Virus record (IMG/VR): IMGVR_UViG_3300030109_003951
Coordinates: 22,601-86,600 of that record
DNA length: 64,000 nt
From: a virus
Reading direction: 5' to 3' (one strand)
The notes beneath the pieces are model-generated. The model saw only the letters and a list, made by a program, of their open reading frames with translations, searched no databases and was not told the origin of the DNA. The position numbers were made by a program, and so were the translations under genes. This document shows positions 51,304 through 60,409 of this stretch, one piece after another (positions within the stretch are counted from its first letter, which is position 1; each line of letters starts with the position of its first letter).

Positions 51304-51885
51304 TCAAACCATTGTGTCATTCTCAAACCCCCAATCAATATTGTTAACTTTTTCTTGAAGATTGTATTCAAAATCAATTACTTCCATTTCTGTTTTGAAA
51401 AGAGAGTCATCGAATCCAGAACAATGAGCATTGTTATCATACCATCCCGACCCCTCGCCAACACATTCTTCTAAAACCCAATAACCAGCATGGCGTAAAC
51501 CATCTGTATTGAAAAGAGAAACATCAAGTGTTGCTCCCTTTCCACTACCGTATTCATCTTTACAAAATACATCATAAAGTAAACTTTCGGCCTTACCCAT
51601 ATTATCATAAATTTCACGTAATATTTTTGGCGTGTATTCCATATTATTCTCATATCGTGAATCAATTGTTTCAAAAATTGGCTCACCATTTTCATCGTAT
51701 TTCCCATCTGTATTATATGTTTCTTCAAATATATCCATACCTGTACCTTCACATAAAATCACAAGTCTATCATATATACAATCCACTTGTTTTTTTCCAA
51801 ATCTAACTTTCATCATTGTTCCCTCGCATATTGTTAACGAGAATACATCCCATATATAAGCATTGTTCCTCACTAGAAAAAACAA
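51304..51885 (-). CDS. hypothetical acidic protein
   Basis: Long ORF; true start probably near 51816. Confidence 0.55.
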   Translation of the reverse strand: MFFLVRNNAYIWDVFSLTICEGTMMKVRFGKKQVDCIYDRLVILCEGTGMDIFEETYNTDGKYDENGEPIFETIDSRYENNMEYTPKILREIYDNMGKAESLLYDVFCKDEYGSGKGATLDVSLFNTDGLRHAGYWVLEECVGEGSGWYDNNAHCSGFDDSLFKTEMEVIDFEYNLQEKVNNIDWGFENDTMV

Positions 51886-51956
51886 TCCAAGTTTGGCCCC
51901 AACATATTTACTTGCACAAATTTTCTATAGAACGTGTTATATCGGTAAAGTAAGCA

Positions 51957-52289
51957 TTAAGCGACTTGTTCAAAATTTAAACAAGACATATCTAAACTCC
52001 ACTTCATTACTCTATTGCACCTACTCCCTATATATGCAACGGTTGTCTTCTCTGTTGACTTGAACAAATCATAACCACGCAAGATATTTCCCAGTTGATT
52101 AGAGGTGGGAATATGGGTGGATGTGTCTGCAATCTTATCTCTTATACCATTCACTGTCAACCCTTCTTTTTCTTTCCAAAGTGCCTTAATCATTTTCCCT
52201 TTTATTCTGGAAGCGTTCTTTTTGGATTCGTATTGTATTCTCCATTTTCCTTCTTTATCAGTGATGTGGAAGGAATAGGTTTTTTGCAT
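51957..52289 (-). CDS. winged-HTH protein
   Basis: LTVNGIRD...PTSNQLGNIL...W, similar pattern to 32489-32713. Confidence 0.6.
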   Translation of the reverse strand: MQKTYSFHITDKEGKWRIQYESKKNASRIKGKMIKALWKEKEGLTVNGIRDKIADTSTHIPTSNQLGNILRGYDLFKSTEKTTVAYIGSRCNRVMKWSLDMSCLNFEQVA

Positions 52290-52386
52290 GTAAGGTTCGC
52301 TGGCAAATCATACATAAATAACTAATGGATGTTTTCACACACAATCCTACCTACTAGTTTATTTTCTACACCGACTTGCGCTGGTC

Positions 52387-52563
52387 ATGTCAACACTATT
52401 TATAGCGGGAGCAACAGCAATAATTCTACTGTCTTTGACTTGGTATTTCTTATTGAATATCATAACTTTTGAAATAGGTGAGATACCATTCAATGAAGTA
52501 GAGAAAGAACAACTGAATAATGATTTTAAAGGAGGATTAAGGAATGTTGGGAGGGATAATTAA
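52387..52563 (+). CDS. small membrane protein (58 aa)
   Basis: MSTLFIAGATAIILLSLTWYFLL..., read manually. Confidence 0.5.
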   Translation: MSTLFIAGATAIILLSLTWYFLLNIITFEIGEIPFNEVEKEQLNNDFKGGLRNVGRDN

Positions 52564-52825
52564 ATCCTTTCTTAGACTCATGGGATGGGTTTATGTTTTC
52601 ATAGAACAATTCGTATCTTATCCAAATGATGGTAACATTTTAGGTCTAGACATTGATGAAGATTTCCAAAAGATGTCACGTAAGGAACTATGTGCTTACA
52701 TAGATTCAGTCAATGATAAAAACAAATCTAATGTTACCTTTTGGGATTTAGACTCTACAACTAAAATAAGATACGGTTGTCAAATAGCACGTCTAAATGG
52801 ATTGGTAAAAGATGGACGTAAATAA
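52544..52825 (+). CDS. hypothetical protein
   Basis: GGAGG RBS. Confidence 0.55.
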   Translation: MLGGIIKSFLRLMGWVYVFIEQFVSYPNDGNILGLDIDEDFQKMSRKELCAYIDSVNDKNKSNVTFWDLDSTTKIRYGCQIARLNGLVKDGRK

Positions 52826-53006
52826 TATCCCACACATTGACGGCCCCAGAATGTCTGATGTATGTGAGCAAGTGAAAGGTTGCCTCAACGGAGACATATT
52901 CAAATTTGGCCCAATCGTAGCAGGTATTCTAATTGCAGCAGAAGTTTTGTTTTGGGTATCGCTATCAACATTAATTGTAAAGAGAGTGAAGAAATGGAAA
53001 AAATAA
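52812..53006 (+). CDS. small membrane protein
   Basis: C-terminal TM helix plus basic tail. Confidence 0.5.
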   Translation: MDVNNIPHIDGPRMSDVCEQVKGCLNGDIFKFGPIVAGILIAAEVLFWVSLSTLIVKRVKKWKK

Positions 53007-53839
53007 CTATTTACGAAGTTGGCCCTAGAGATGGTTTACAAGGAATCAAATCTGTAATCCCTCTAGAAGACAAAGTAACTATGGTTAATTTATTATACAA
53101 TGCTGGTCTGAAAAATATAGAAGTTGGAAGTTTTGTACATCCGAAGAAAGTTCCTAACATGGCTAACAGTGATGTACTCTATAGAAAAGTTTCGCACCTC
53201 GATTGTAATCTAGGAGTTCTTGTACCTAATGAAAAAGGACTCCAACGTGCAATTTCAGTAGGTGCTAAAAAATTCAATGTATGTCTTTCTCCTTCTGAAA
53301 CATTCAATAAAAATAACTTTGGCATAAGCCTAGAACAACTCTTTTCACAATACAGAAGTATGCTCTATGGCATCCCTAAAGATGATATTCGTGTCTATGT
53401 TTCTAATGCATTCGGTTGTCCAGTCGAAGGAAAGTTTGACCCAGAACATCTCAAGCGTACATTACAATCTTCTGCAATATTAGGCTCAACAGTTGTCCTA
53501 TCTGATACATCTGGCCTAGCCAATAAAGAATCCATTTCAGAACTTTCGCCCCTAATAAAAAACATAGGAACTACATGGGCTATTCATTTCCACCACAATG
53601 AAAAATCTGAACCCATCTTAGATAATGTCCAACATGCCTATGACTTGGGCATCAGACAATTTGATTCAAGTATTGGTGGTTTAGGTGGCTGTCCTTTTGC
53701 TAAAGATTCTGGTGCTAATCTAGCCACAGAAGACTTGGTAACTTGGGCCATTGACAATAATATCCCAATAGACCCGATTAACAATTTATCCCAAGTTAGT
53801 TTATTTGTAAATAAATTCAAATCTAATTACACATCATAG
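52994..53839 (+). CDS. hmgL: hydroxymethylglutaryl-CoA lyase (DRE-TIM family)
   Basis: EVGPRDGLQ, HFH, FDSSIGGLGGCPFA..GANLATED. Confidence 0.9.
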   Translation: MEKITIYEVGPRDGLQGIKSVIPLEDKVTMVNLLYNAGLKNIEVGSFVHPKKVPNMANSDVLYRKVSHLDCNLGVLVPNEKGLQRAISVGAKKFNVCLSPSETFNKNNFGISLEQLFSQYRSMLYGIPKDDIRVYVSNAFGCPVEGKFDPEHLKRTLQSSAILGSTVVLSDTSGLANKESISELSPLIKNIGTTWAIHFHHNEKSEPILDNVQHAYDLGIRQFDSSIGGLGGCPFAKDSGANLATEDLVTWAIDNNIPIDPINNLSQVSLFVNKFKSNYTS

Positions 53840-54203
53840 GTGAATCATCTTTATTTAAATCTCTTTTCATATTCATTAAATGTTGTTTTCTTTCTAACTC
53901 ATGCATTTCTTCCATTTCTTCTATTTCTTCAACAGGCATTAAATATGTTTTTGGTATTATAGTTTTAATATTTATTATGCCCATTCTTGGAATACAAGTG
54001 ATTTCTTTTTCTCCAGTATCTACAGCCCAAAAATCATTAAATAATCCACCAGCAGTTACTATATTTCCTTCAACTGTTTTTGTTTCTTTTAATCCTGTTC
54101 TATATTCAATTTTCACATTTTTTATTATAGTGTACTTACTATATGTCTCCATAATATATCCCATCATCTTTTCATACTTAAGGTAGGTATGTGATGTGAA
54201 CAC
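53823..54203 (-). CDS. hypothetical protein
   Basis: ORF convergent with hmgL. Confidence 0.5.
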   Translation of the reverse strand: MFTSHTYLKYEKMMGYIMETYSKYTIIKNVKIEYRTGLKETKTVEGNIVTAGGLFNDFWAVDTGEKEITCIPRMGIINIKTIIPKTYLMPVEEIEEMEEMHELERKQHLMNMKRDLNKDDSPMMCN

Positions 54204-54367
54204 AATTTAATGACCCTGTGACAATATACAATTTTCGCCACTTCCAAAAAACACCCTTCCTAAATACACTCCCCGAATTTTAAATAAAAGCCCCTCTTCC
54301 AATATATTTGTGGGATAGGGCATTGTCTCTTGCATTATACCTTCTTATGTCTTATCTCACTCCTTAA

Positions 54368-54665
54368 TACATTTCATGTGAAATGTAAATGAAATGTAAA
54401 AAACGCTGTACTGCTCTTCATATTTCATATTTCATGAAAAATGGGAAATATAGGGGGTGCCCCCTAACTACCCCCCTATTATTCACCTGTACACATGAGT
54501 GAAATGTATGTAATATGAAATGTATATAATCCTATACAACGTTTTTAATTAAATATTATATGAAATATATATGAAATGTATGAAATGTATTTTTTGCCCC
54601 TTGATATAATATATAATATATAATATAATATAACTATACTAATATTATCTATTAATATAATATAC
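54368..54665. repeat. iteron-like TGAAATGTA array plus AT-rich tract (putative replication origin)
   Basis: Direct copies at 54379, 54390, 54500, 54516, 54572, 54581; inverted copy at 54368; (ATATA)n tract 54604-54665. Confidence 0.65.
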
Positions 54666-54796
54666 AACACTACTTTCGACCCCTCGAATGGTAGGCTAAA
54701 ATAATAACAATATATTGTTCGTATTAGGAGAGAGGAACTATAGGTTTAGTTTGGTTAAATGCGTTTAAGCATTGGTACTCTCGGAAAATTTCCTAG

Positions 54797-54829
54797 CATA
54801 TGGTTAAGTCTTTGGAACCCTATAAAAAA
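54797..54829. repeat. partial copy of the palindromic cassette
   Basis: CATATGGT-N5-CTTTG-N2-ACCC-TATAAAAAA (right arm only). Confidence 0.6.
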
Positions 54830-54836
54830 CGGTATA

Positions 54837-55094
54837 TTACCAAAAGTCAACCTCTCCGCTTTCGTCCATATACATTTTTAAATCATCCTCGTACCATATC
54901 AAGTCCCAACTATAACCACCGTAGGCTATCTCTTTAGTATAACCTTCAAGCCCTTCCTCGGCATTATCCCTTAATTCTTTAGCGTGTTCTATTGCTTCTT
55001 TCTCTGTGCCTGTGAATTTTTCTAATATATCCCAAGAAGGGCAAGGTAAACCACTTTTACAATAAAACGATAAGAGAATTGTGTATTCTGTCAT
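54837..55094 (-). CDS. hypothetical early protein
   Basis: GGTGA RBS. Confidence 0.55.
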   Translation of the reverse strand: MTEYTILLSFYCKSGLPCPSWDILEKFTGTEKEAIEHAKELRDNAEEGLEGYTKEIAYGGYSWDLIWYEDDLKMYMDESGEVDFW

Positions 55095-55098
55095 AATA

Positions 55099-55467
55099 TC
55101 ACCACCCGTTTGATAAAAACCATTTTAAAAGTTTTAAAAGTTCTATTTCTTCACTATTCATTAAAGAAGATATATTATCAGTAGTTATTTTTAAATTACC
55201 TGCTAGTGTCCTCCTACCCTCAAAAACTGTGCATTTATTACTTAATATCACCATAGTATAACTCACGGGTGAAGGGTTCCATTCTTGCAACCTTTTAGCC
55301 AAATAATTAGGCCGAATATCTAAATTAAAATTTATATCATCTATTCCTCCCCAAAAATCTGTTTTTGGGATTTCTAAAATTTCATCTATTTTGTTTATTA
55401 TCTCTTGTCTCATGTTTCTCAATCCTATATATTTCTCAAGTCTATTTTTCTTGTAACATGTTACCAA
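55099..55467 (-). CDS. hypothetical early protein
   Basis: ORF; start uncertain. Confidence 0.45.
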   Translation of the reverse strand: MVTCYKKNRLEKYIGLRNMRQEIINKIDEILEIPKTDFWGGIDDINFNLDIRPNYLAKRLQEWNPSPVSYTMVILSNKCTVFEGRRTLAGNLKITTDNISSLMNSEEIELLKLLKWFLSNGW

Positions 55468-55799
55468 TCTTGAACGATAAACCCACCGTCTTCATATTTC
55501 ATTGTCTCATGGTTTAATTTGTGTATTTCAATTACTTGGGTATATTCTCTAACTTCTTCTAAATCTTCAAAATTCTTATTATATGCTTGGTTTAGTTCTT
55601 CTAAATTTTCATACTCTGTGAATTCACAACAAATAGCGATAGGGTCAAATTCTATTTGTTCGCCTATGTCATTCTCAAGTTGTTCAAAGTATTCAAAGAG
55701 TGCAAGTCTCCCGTAATAACTAAAATTGTTTTCTCTGTTTATTTTTACAAATGTGTCAACAAATGTACTTTCTGTTACTGTTTCTATCATTATTGCCAC
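55461..55799 (-). CDS. acidic hypothetical early protein
   Basis: FSYYG..ALFEY...DPIAICCEFTEY. Confidence 0.6.
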   Translation of the reverse strand: MAIMIETVTESTFVDTFVKINRENNFSYYGRLALFEYFEQLENDIGEQIEFDPIAICCEFTEYENLEELNQAYNKNFEDLEEVREYTQVIEIHKLNHETMKYEDGGFIVQDW

Positions 55800-55975
55800 A
55801 CCCCTTGTTCAAATTCTCCGCAGTCATCACAGTCACCATCATAAGAAGTATTTTTTTTAGTTGCCATAGGATAAGCACAAGCGCACTTATCACATACGTT
55901 CAATACTTCGGTGTCTATTACTATTTCATTTCCGTTTACGTCTATATCTGTTTCTTCTATTGTTATTATTTTCAT
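55790..55975 (-). CDS. Cys-rich mini-protein
   Basis: CDKC...CDDC. Confidence 0.5.
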   Translation of the reverse strand: MKIITIEETDIDVNGNEIVIDTEVLNVCDKCACAYPMATKKNTSYDGDCDDCGEFEQGVWQ

Positions 55976-55989
55976 TTTTCATCATCTCC

Positions 55990-56340
55990 TTAAATTTGAA
56001 ATCCCCAATCGTTAAAATTCATAGGTCTTGCTAATTCCCAGTTGTTCTCTAATAAATTCCTAAATGTATTACTTAATTGGTTCTCAAAAATATTACAATA
56101 ATTAGAATCTAAATGGTATCTAGGGTTTCTAGGTGCATATCTATAATGGTACATTTCAAAAGCATCTCTTAAATCTAGTAAATCTCTAGTACTTGGATTA
56201 TCTAAATTTTCTAACCCTGTTTGTAATACCATCATTAAATCATTCGGTCTTGTGTTTCTATTTGTTAGTATATTGTATATACTACTTATTACTTGTTCGT
56301 TATTCATTTTTATCATCTCGTTGTCTGCGTCTCCGCCCAA
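55990..56340 (-). CDS. hypothetical early protein
   Basis: Directly downstream of a cassette promoter. Confidence 0.55.
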   Translation of the reverse strand: MGGDADNEMIKMNNEQVISSIYNILTNRNTRPNDLMMVLQTGLENLDNPSTRDLLDLRDAFEMYHYRYAPRNPRYHLDSNYCNIFENQLSNTFRNLLENNWELARPMNFNDWGFQI

Positions 56341-56359
56341 ACTGTCCTATATGGTGTCC

Positions 56360-56450
56360 CCTTATAATAACTGTCATTATTCCTCTGTATATAGTATAGG
56401 GTAGCCAAAGTCTACTACCATATGGGAAGTAACATCTTTGGGTCGACCCC
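56360..56450 (-). promoter_or_regulatory. palindrome + GGAATAATGA + TATA cassette
   Basis: TCATTATTCC 56374-83; GGGT..CAAAG..ACCATATGG..CTTTG..ACCCC 56399-56450. Confidence 0.75.
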
Positions 56451-56513
56451 GTTGAGAAATTATCAATATTTGATATGAGATAACCTCAAGAGTTCATTCT
56501 TAATAATTTCACC

Positions 56514-56867
56514 TTACCCTATTTCATACATTGATAAATTCCAAGCATTTCCTAATTCGTAATAGTAGCCATAACTCTTAATTAAATTAATGAACTCATC
56601 TTCTAAGGTTTCATATCTTTTACTATCACAGGCGTAGTTTAATACTTCATATAGTGGGCCTTCAAATGACATACTAATAGTTTCATCATTAGCATAATCA
56701 AAATAATCTGAGCCTTTAATATCTTCAATTATCTTTTTATTTTTAGAACTGTCATACCAACAAAAACATTTGTTGTTGAAATATATTCTCACACAAGAAG
56801 TTAATCTGTTTTTCTTTAACCAAGATTCAATTTTCCTAACCATTTCTACTTTTTTCATTTTAATCAC
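56514..56867 (-). CDS. hypothetical early protein
   Basis: ORF, SMSFEGPLYEVLNY. Confidence 0.6.
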   Translation of the reverse strand: MIKMKKVEMVRKIESWLKKNRLTSCVRIYFNNKCFCWYDSSKNKKIIEDIKGSDYFDYANDETISMSFEGPLYEVLNYACDSKRYETLEDEFINLIKSYGYYYELGNAWNLSMYEIG

Positions 56868-57202
56868 CTTATCCTCATTGAACTCATTAAAATTTCCATC
56901 TTGTCCTTTTTACTTATTCCAATTTCTTCATTTCTTTTGATTACTGATTCTTCAATCGCTTTGTTCATGGCTGTCATATCTAACTTACCATTTTCATCTT
57001 TGTAAGCATTAAAGTAAGCATAATACCAAGGTGCTTGTAGAGGGTCATTTCCTCTCATCGTTCTATATCCTCTCATGTTTTCAACTACCATACAAACAAT
57101 TACTCCATGTTCATCTGCTTCATGTAGATTGACATAACACATTCTGTTTCCATATCTATCTTTTAATACTGCATCTTTTCTCGCTTCCGCTTCTGTCGTC
57201 AT
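56864..57202 (-). CDS. hypothetical early protein
   Basis: ATG 34 nt downstream of GGAATAATGA. Confidence 0.65.
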   Translation of the reverse strand: MTTEAEARKDAVLKDRYGNRMCYVNLHEADEHGVIVCMVVENMRGYRTMRGNDPLQAPWYYAYFNAYKDENGKLDMTAMNKAIEESVIKRNEEIGISKKDKMEILMSSMRIR

Positions 57203-57221
57203 ATACCCTCCTGTCTTTTCC

Positions 57222-57327
57222 CCTTAATAAAGGTTGTCATTATTCCACACTATACATGTGGGGCCGTGTTCACTCCCGCTCCAAAGATATGCTCAACCAT
57301 ATGGTGTGGTCTTTGCTACCCTAAAAA
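57222..57327 (-). promoter_or_regulatory. palindrome + GGAATAATGA + TATA cassette
   Basis: TCATTATTCC 57237-46; CAAAG..ACCATATGGT..CTTTG..ACCC 57282-57321. Confidence 0.75.
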
Positions 57328-57503
57328 GAACTGATAACCCCACCAGTTACTCATTCCACCAATATCTAGGTATCATTCTTGCATCACCCCTGTGCTATAC
57401 AAGAGCGTTTCTATTTTACCAAGCACTTCATCATCGTCAATAATATACCTTTGATACTTTTTCCAAACCACCCTTAGATTCTTCACAAGTCTGTCTGTGT
57501 CAA

Positions 57504-57893
57504 TCATTCTTCTTCACCTTCCCATTCTCCATTCTTTCGTAAATGTTCTCTCGCCCTCAACATCAATTCCTCATCAACATGAAGTCCATCGGGCAACTGT
57601 TGATGAAGGGCGATGCAAAGAACGATTCGTTCGTAAATCTGCAACCGCTTGACTTCTTCTCGTAACTCTTTGACTATTTTGGGTGCTAAGTCCCAATAAG
57701 CAAGAGGCTCTTCATATCCTTCAAAAATTAATAACAATAAATCAGTGAACCACTTATGCGACTCTATTCTATCATTACGTATTACATCTGAAACGGTGTG
57801 GTTATCTGTTACCAAATTTGTGATTTCACAATTATAACTTATAACTAACTCTTCATCAGAAATCTTTGGATTAAGTGCATCTAAGGGGTGCAT
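57504..57893 (-). CDS. hypothetical early protein
   Basis: Coupled ORF. Confidence 0.55.
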   Translation of the reverse strand: MHPLDALNPKISDEELVISYNCEITNLVTDNHTVSDVIRNDRIESHKWFTDLLLLIFEGYEEPLAYWDLAPKIVKELREEVKRLQIYERIVLCIALHQQLPDGLHVDEELMLRAREHLRKNGEWEGEEE

Positions 57894-58108
57894 TATTCTT
57901 CCTCCTCACTGAAATGCCAATTATATTGCCAATGTGGTGCTTGTGCTTCTTGTCTAGCATACTCCATCAAGTTACCAATGAAATCCCTAACTAATTTCTT
58001 GTGTACTGTCACCGTAAAAGACTGATTCCAAAAACCAATCTCCTCATGATTACTGCTACCACTAGGACATCCTGCTTCTATCTGTATTGTTACCATATCT
58101 TTACTCAT
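57893..58108 (-). CDS. hypothetical early protein
   Basis: GAGGTGA RBS. Confidence 0.55.
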   Translation of the reverse strand: MSKDMVTIQIEAGCPSGSSNHEEIGFWNQSFTVTVHKKLVRDFIGNLMEYARQEAQAPHWQYNWHFSEEEE

Positions 58109-58327
58109 GCTATCACCTCATCTAAGATAGTTCCACACTTAGGACAATTGATTTCATATATTCTTATTACTTCACATAACCCATTGGAGTTAATGTAATC
58201 TTCACAACATTGGTAACTCATTCTTTCAACCCCTTCTTATTAATTTCTTCTTTATTATTTTCATAATGTTTTCTAGCCTTGAATTTACTCAAGTATCTAC
58301 TTCTTGCCGCTTTTCTTTTTACATGAT

Positions 58328-58870
58328 TCATTCTTTCACCTCCTTCGGGTAGCCAAATACTGGAACTCCTTTCACTAACTTACCATCCCATGTTCTCACT
58401 TTAGGTTTGAAACTTGCTGTGCTTATCTTACAGTGGTTCTTATACCAGTCTTGAAGATTCCTTCTCATAGTTCTAACTTCTTTTTCTGCATATTCTTGAG
58501 CAGTAACAGCACTCAAGTTTTTACCCTTAGCCATAACTGACAATATCTTACTAGACTTGTATGCTGTTATACTAACATTGTGTATTTCTTCACAGATAGT
58601 TTGAATGTTTGCTTCTACATCATAAGGAAGTTCACCCATTTTACCTCTACCTACTGGGTTGTCAATTCCATAACTAGATAGTGAGGAACAAGTCCCTACT
58701 ATACCAGCCCAATAGGATTCAAAATTATCCATATCACTTTTTACACTTTTTACCAAAGCCCTCAATGGAGTCTTGATATGTGCTGGTAGTTTCTTTTCAG
58801 TCTTGATAAACATCTCAATTAACTGAACCTTCTTTTCGTTCTTAGTCATCTCCGCATTATTCCCTGCCAT
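58328..58870 (-). CDS. hypothetical early protein
   Basis: ATG 36 nt downstream of GGAATAATGA. Confidence 0.65.
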   Translation of the reverse strand: MAGNNAEMTKNEKKVQLIEMFIKTEKKLPAHIKTPLRALVKSVKSDMDNFESYWAGIVGTCSSLSSYGIDNPVGRGKMGELPYDVEANIQTICEEIHNVSITAYKSSKILSVMAKGKNLSAVTAQEYAEKEVRTMRRNLQDWYKNHCKISTASFKPKVRTWDGKLVKGVPVFGYPKEVKE

Positions 58871-58891
58871 ATTAGTGACACGGTCATAGGT

Positions 58892-58976
58892 TGTATATAT
58901 AGTTAGTCATTATTCCTTACTATGGGGTTGCAAAGACTACACCATATGGTAGTGTCTTTGTTACCCTATAAAAAAA
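58892..58976 (-). promoter_or_regulatory. palindrome + GGAATAATGA + TATA cassette
   Basis: TCATTATTCC 58907-16; GGGGTTGCAAAGACTACACCATATGGTAGTGTCTTTGTTACCC 58924-66. Confidence 0.8.
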
Positions 58977-58980
58977 GAGA

Positions 58981-59096
58981 GGGGAAGGAAGATGAGGCCC
59001 GTCTAGGGAACCACCCCTATAAACCCCATTCACGACAGACAACAAATTACCTAACCGAAAATAATTAAAGTTTCTTCCTATTACTGTGATAACCCC
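58981..59096 (-). ncRNA. structured element, copy 3
   Basis: Plus strand reads GGGG-A-AGGAAGA...TCTTCCT-ATTACTGTGATAA-CCCC. Confidence 0.55.
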
Positions 59097-59103
59097 ATGA
59101 CTC

Positions 59104-59292
59104 TTATTTTATTACTAAATCCTCCCTGTTCCTTTTATTTTTGAAATGTTCTAAGGCTTGTTCGTAAGCATTATCACTCATAAAATATCTAACTAAGTGA
59201 TGACCAAACATATTCATTACCCCACTCATTTGTGTAGTGTAGAATTCATCCCACATATCTAATGTAATTGTGTAAGGTTTTTGCATTACCAT
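59104..59292 (-). CDS. hypothetical early protein
   Basis: Q.SGVMNMF motif. Confidence 0.55.
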   Translation of the reverse strand: MVMQKPYTITLDMWDEFYTTQMSGVMNMFGHHLVRYFMSDNAYEQALEHFKNKRNREDLVIK

Positions 59293-59906
59293 TCCTCCTT
59301 TGTTTTACTTAACTTCCATTCATCTTCTTTTTCATCCCATACTAGATACAATGGTGTGTTGTTACTATTATGATATATTGGCTTATATTGAAGTTCACCA
59401 TTCATATTGAATACATCTGCTATTTCATTAACCATAGTTTTTACAAAGTCATCATAGTAATATGTTTCCCCAGATAAGTAAATCCCAATGAAACTTTTAA
59501 TCATATCAATTTGTTTTTTCTTATCTTCCCATGTTTGTCTATATGGTCTTTTGATATTGTCATAACCTCTTACTGCTTCATCAAATAATGATTCTTTCAT
59601 TCTGTGTGCAAACGCCTCATCTTTTTCATTACCAACATTAGAACTCCATTCTGCATCAGCCATCTTTTGCACAAATTCTGTTGTGAAAGGAGAATCCCCT
59701 TTACCATACATACTCCATACTAGATTGAATCTATCTGTGGCTACATCAACTGATATTCCATATCTTTCGTCTTCATTCTTTTTTACTCTACCAATTCCAG
59801 CACTCATAGCAATCATTCCCATATTAAATGATGCTAAGAACTTCCTTTCATCTTCAGTAAATATTTCTGCTTTATCTTCATCTTTTATTCCTACTATTAA
59901 TGGCAT
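59286..59906 (-). CDS. hypothetical early protein
   Basis: 206-aa ORF, GGAGG RBS. Confidence 0.6.
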   Translation of the reverse strand: MPLIVGIKDEDKAEIFTEDERKFLASFNMGMIAMSAGIGRVKKNEDERYGISVDVATDRFNLVWSMYGKGDSPFTTEFVQKMADAEWSSNVGNEKDEAFAHRMKESLFDEAVRGYDNIKRPYRQTWEDKKKQIDMIKSFIGIYLSGETYYYDDFVKTMVNEIADVFNMNGELQYKPIYHNSNNTPLYLVWDEKEDEWKLSKTKEEW

Positions 59907-60206
59907 TTATTGCACCTCCAAATCTACAGTTTTGAATTTTTCGCCATCATCTGATGTATGAATGGTTGTTTGTTTTGATACTTTCTCATCATGTTCTGTG
60001 AAAATACTACATTCACCTTTTAATTTGAAAATACTAATATTTGGTTTAGTTAGTTTTCCATTATATCTTTTGTGCATTTTAATATAAATCGAAGTTTCAC
60101 CCATTCTAACTGTTACTGTATGTATTTCACTTCCAGAATCGTGAAAACTTGTTTGTTCTGTTATCGTTCCTAGTTCTTGTGTTGTTGCCATCTTTGTTAC
60201 TGCCAT
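59907..60206 (-). CDS. hypothetical early protein
   Basis: ATG 34 nt downstream of GGAATAATGA. Confidence 0.65.
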   Translation of the reverse strand: MAVTKMATTQELGTITEQTSFHDSGSEIHTVTVRMGETSIYIKMHKRYNGKLTKPNISIFKLKGECSIFTEHDEKVSKQTTIHTSDDGEKFKTVDLEVQ

Positions 60207-60227
60207 ATACCCTCCTAGCAGTTCCCC

Positions 60228-60313
60228 CTTATAATACTTATCATTATTCCTTTCTATGGGGTTTACAAAGTTAATACCATATGGTGTGAGTCTTTGGGCA
60301 CCCCAAAAAAAAA
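60228..60313 (-). promoter_or_regulatory. palindrome + GGAATAATGA + TATA cassette
   Basis: TCATTATTCC 60241-50; GGGGT..CAAAG..ACCATATGGT..CTTTG..ACCCC 60258-60304. Confidence 0.8.
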
Positions 60314-60409
60314 GGCGTTCTAGAGGGCAGAGCGGCCCGTTTTTAAGCGGCCCTGCCCCAAGAACAATTTTACGATTTCATATCGTCTTAGGTTATTTCT
60401 GTGGTACTA

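Noticed and set aside
52514-52522. GAATAATGA as another early promoter
   Set aside because: It lies inside ORF 52387-52563, has no palindrome, and spacing to the next ATG is wrong
52880-52993. N-terminal extension of HMG-CoA lyase in the ORF track
   Set aside because: It overlaps an upstream gene; the family-like sequence begins at ATG 52994
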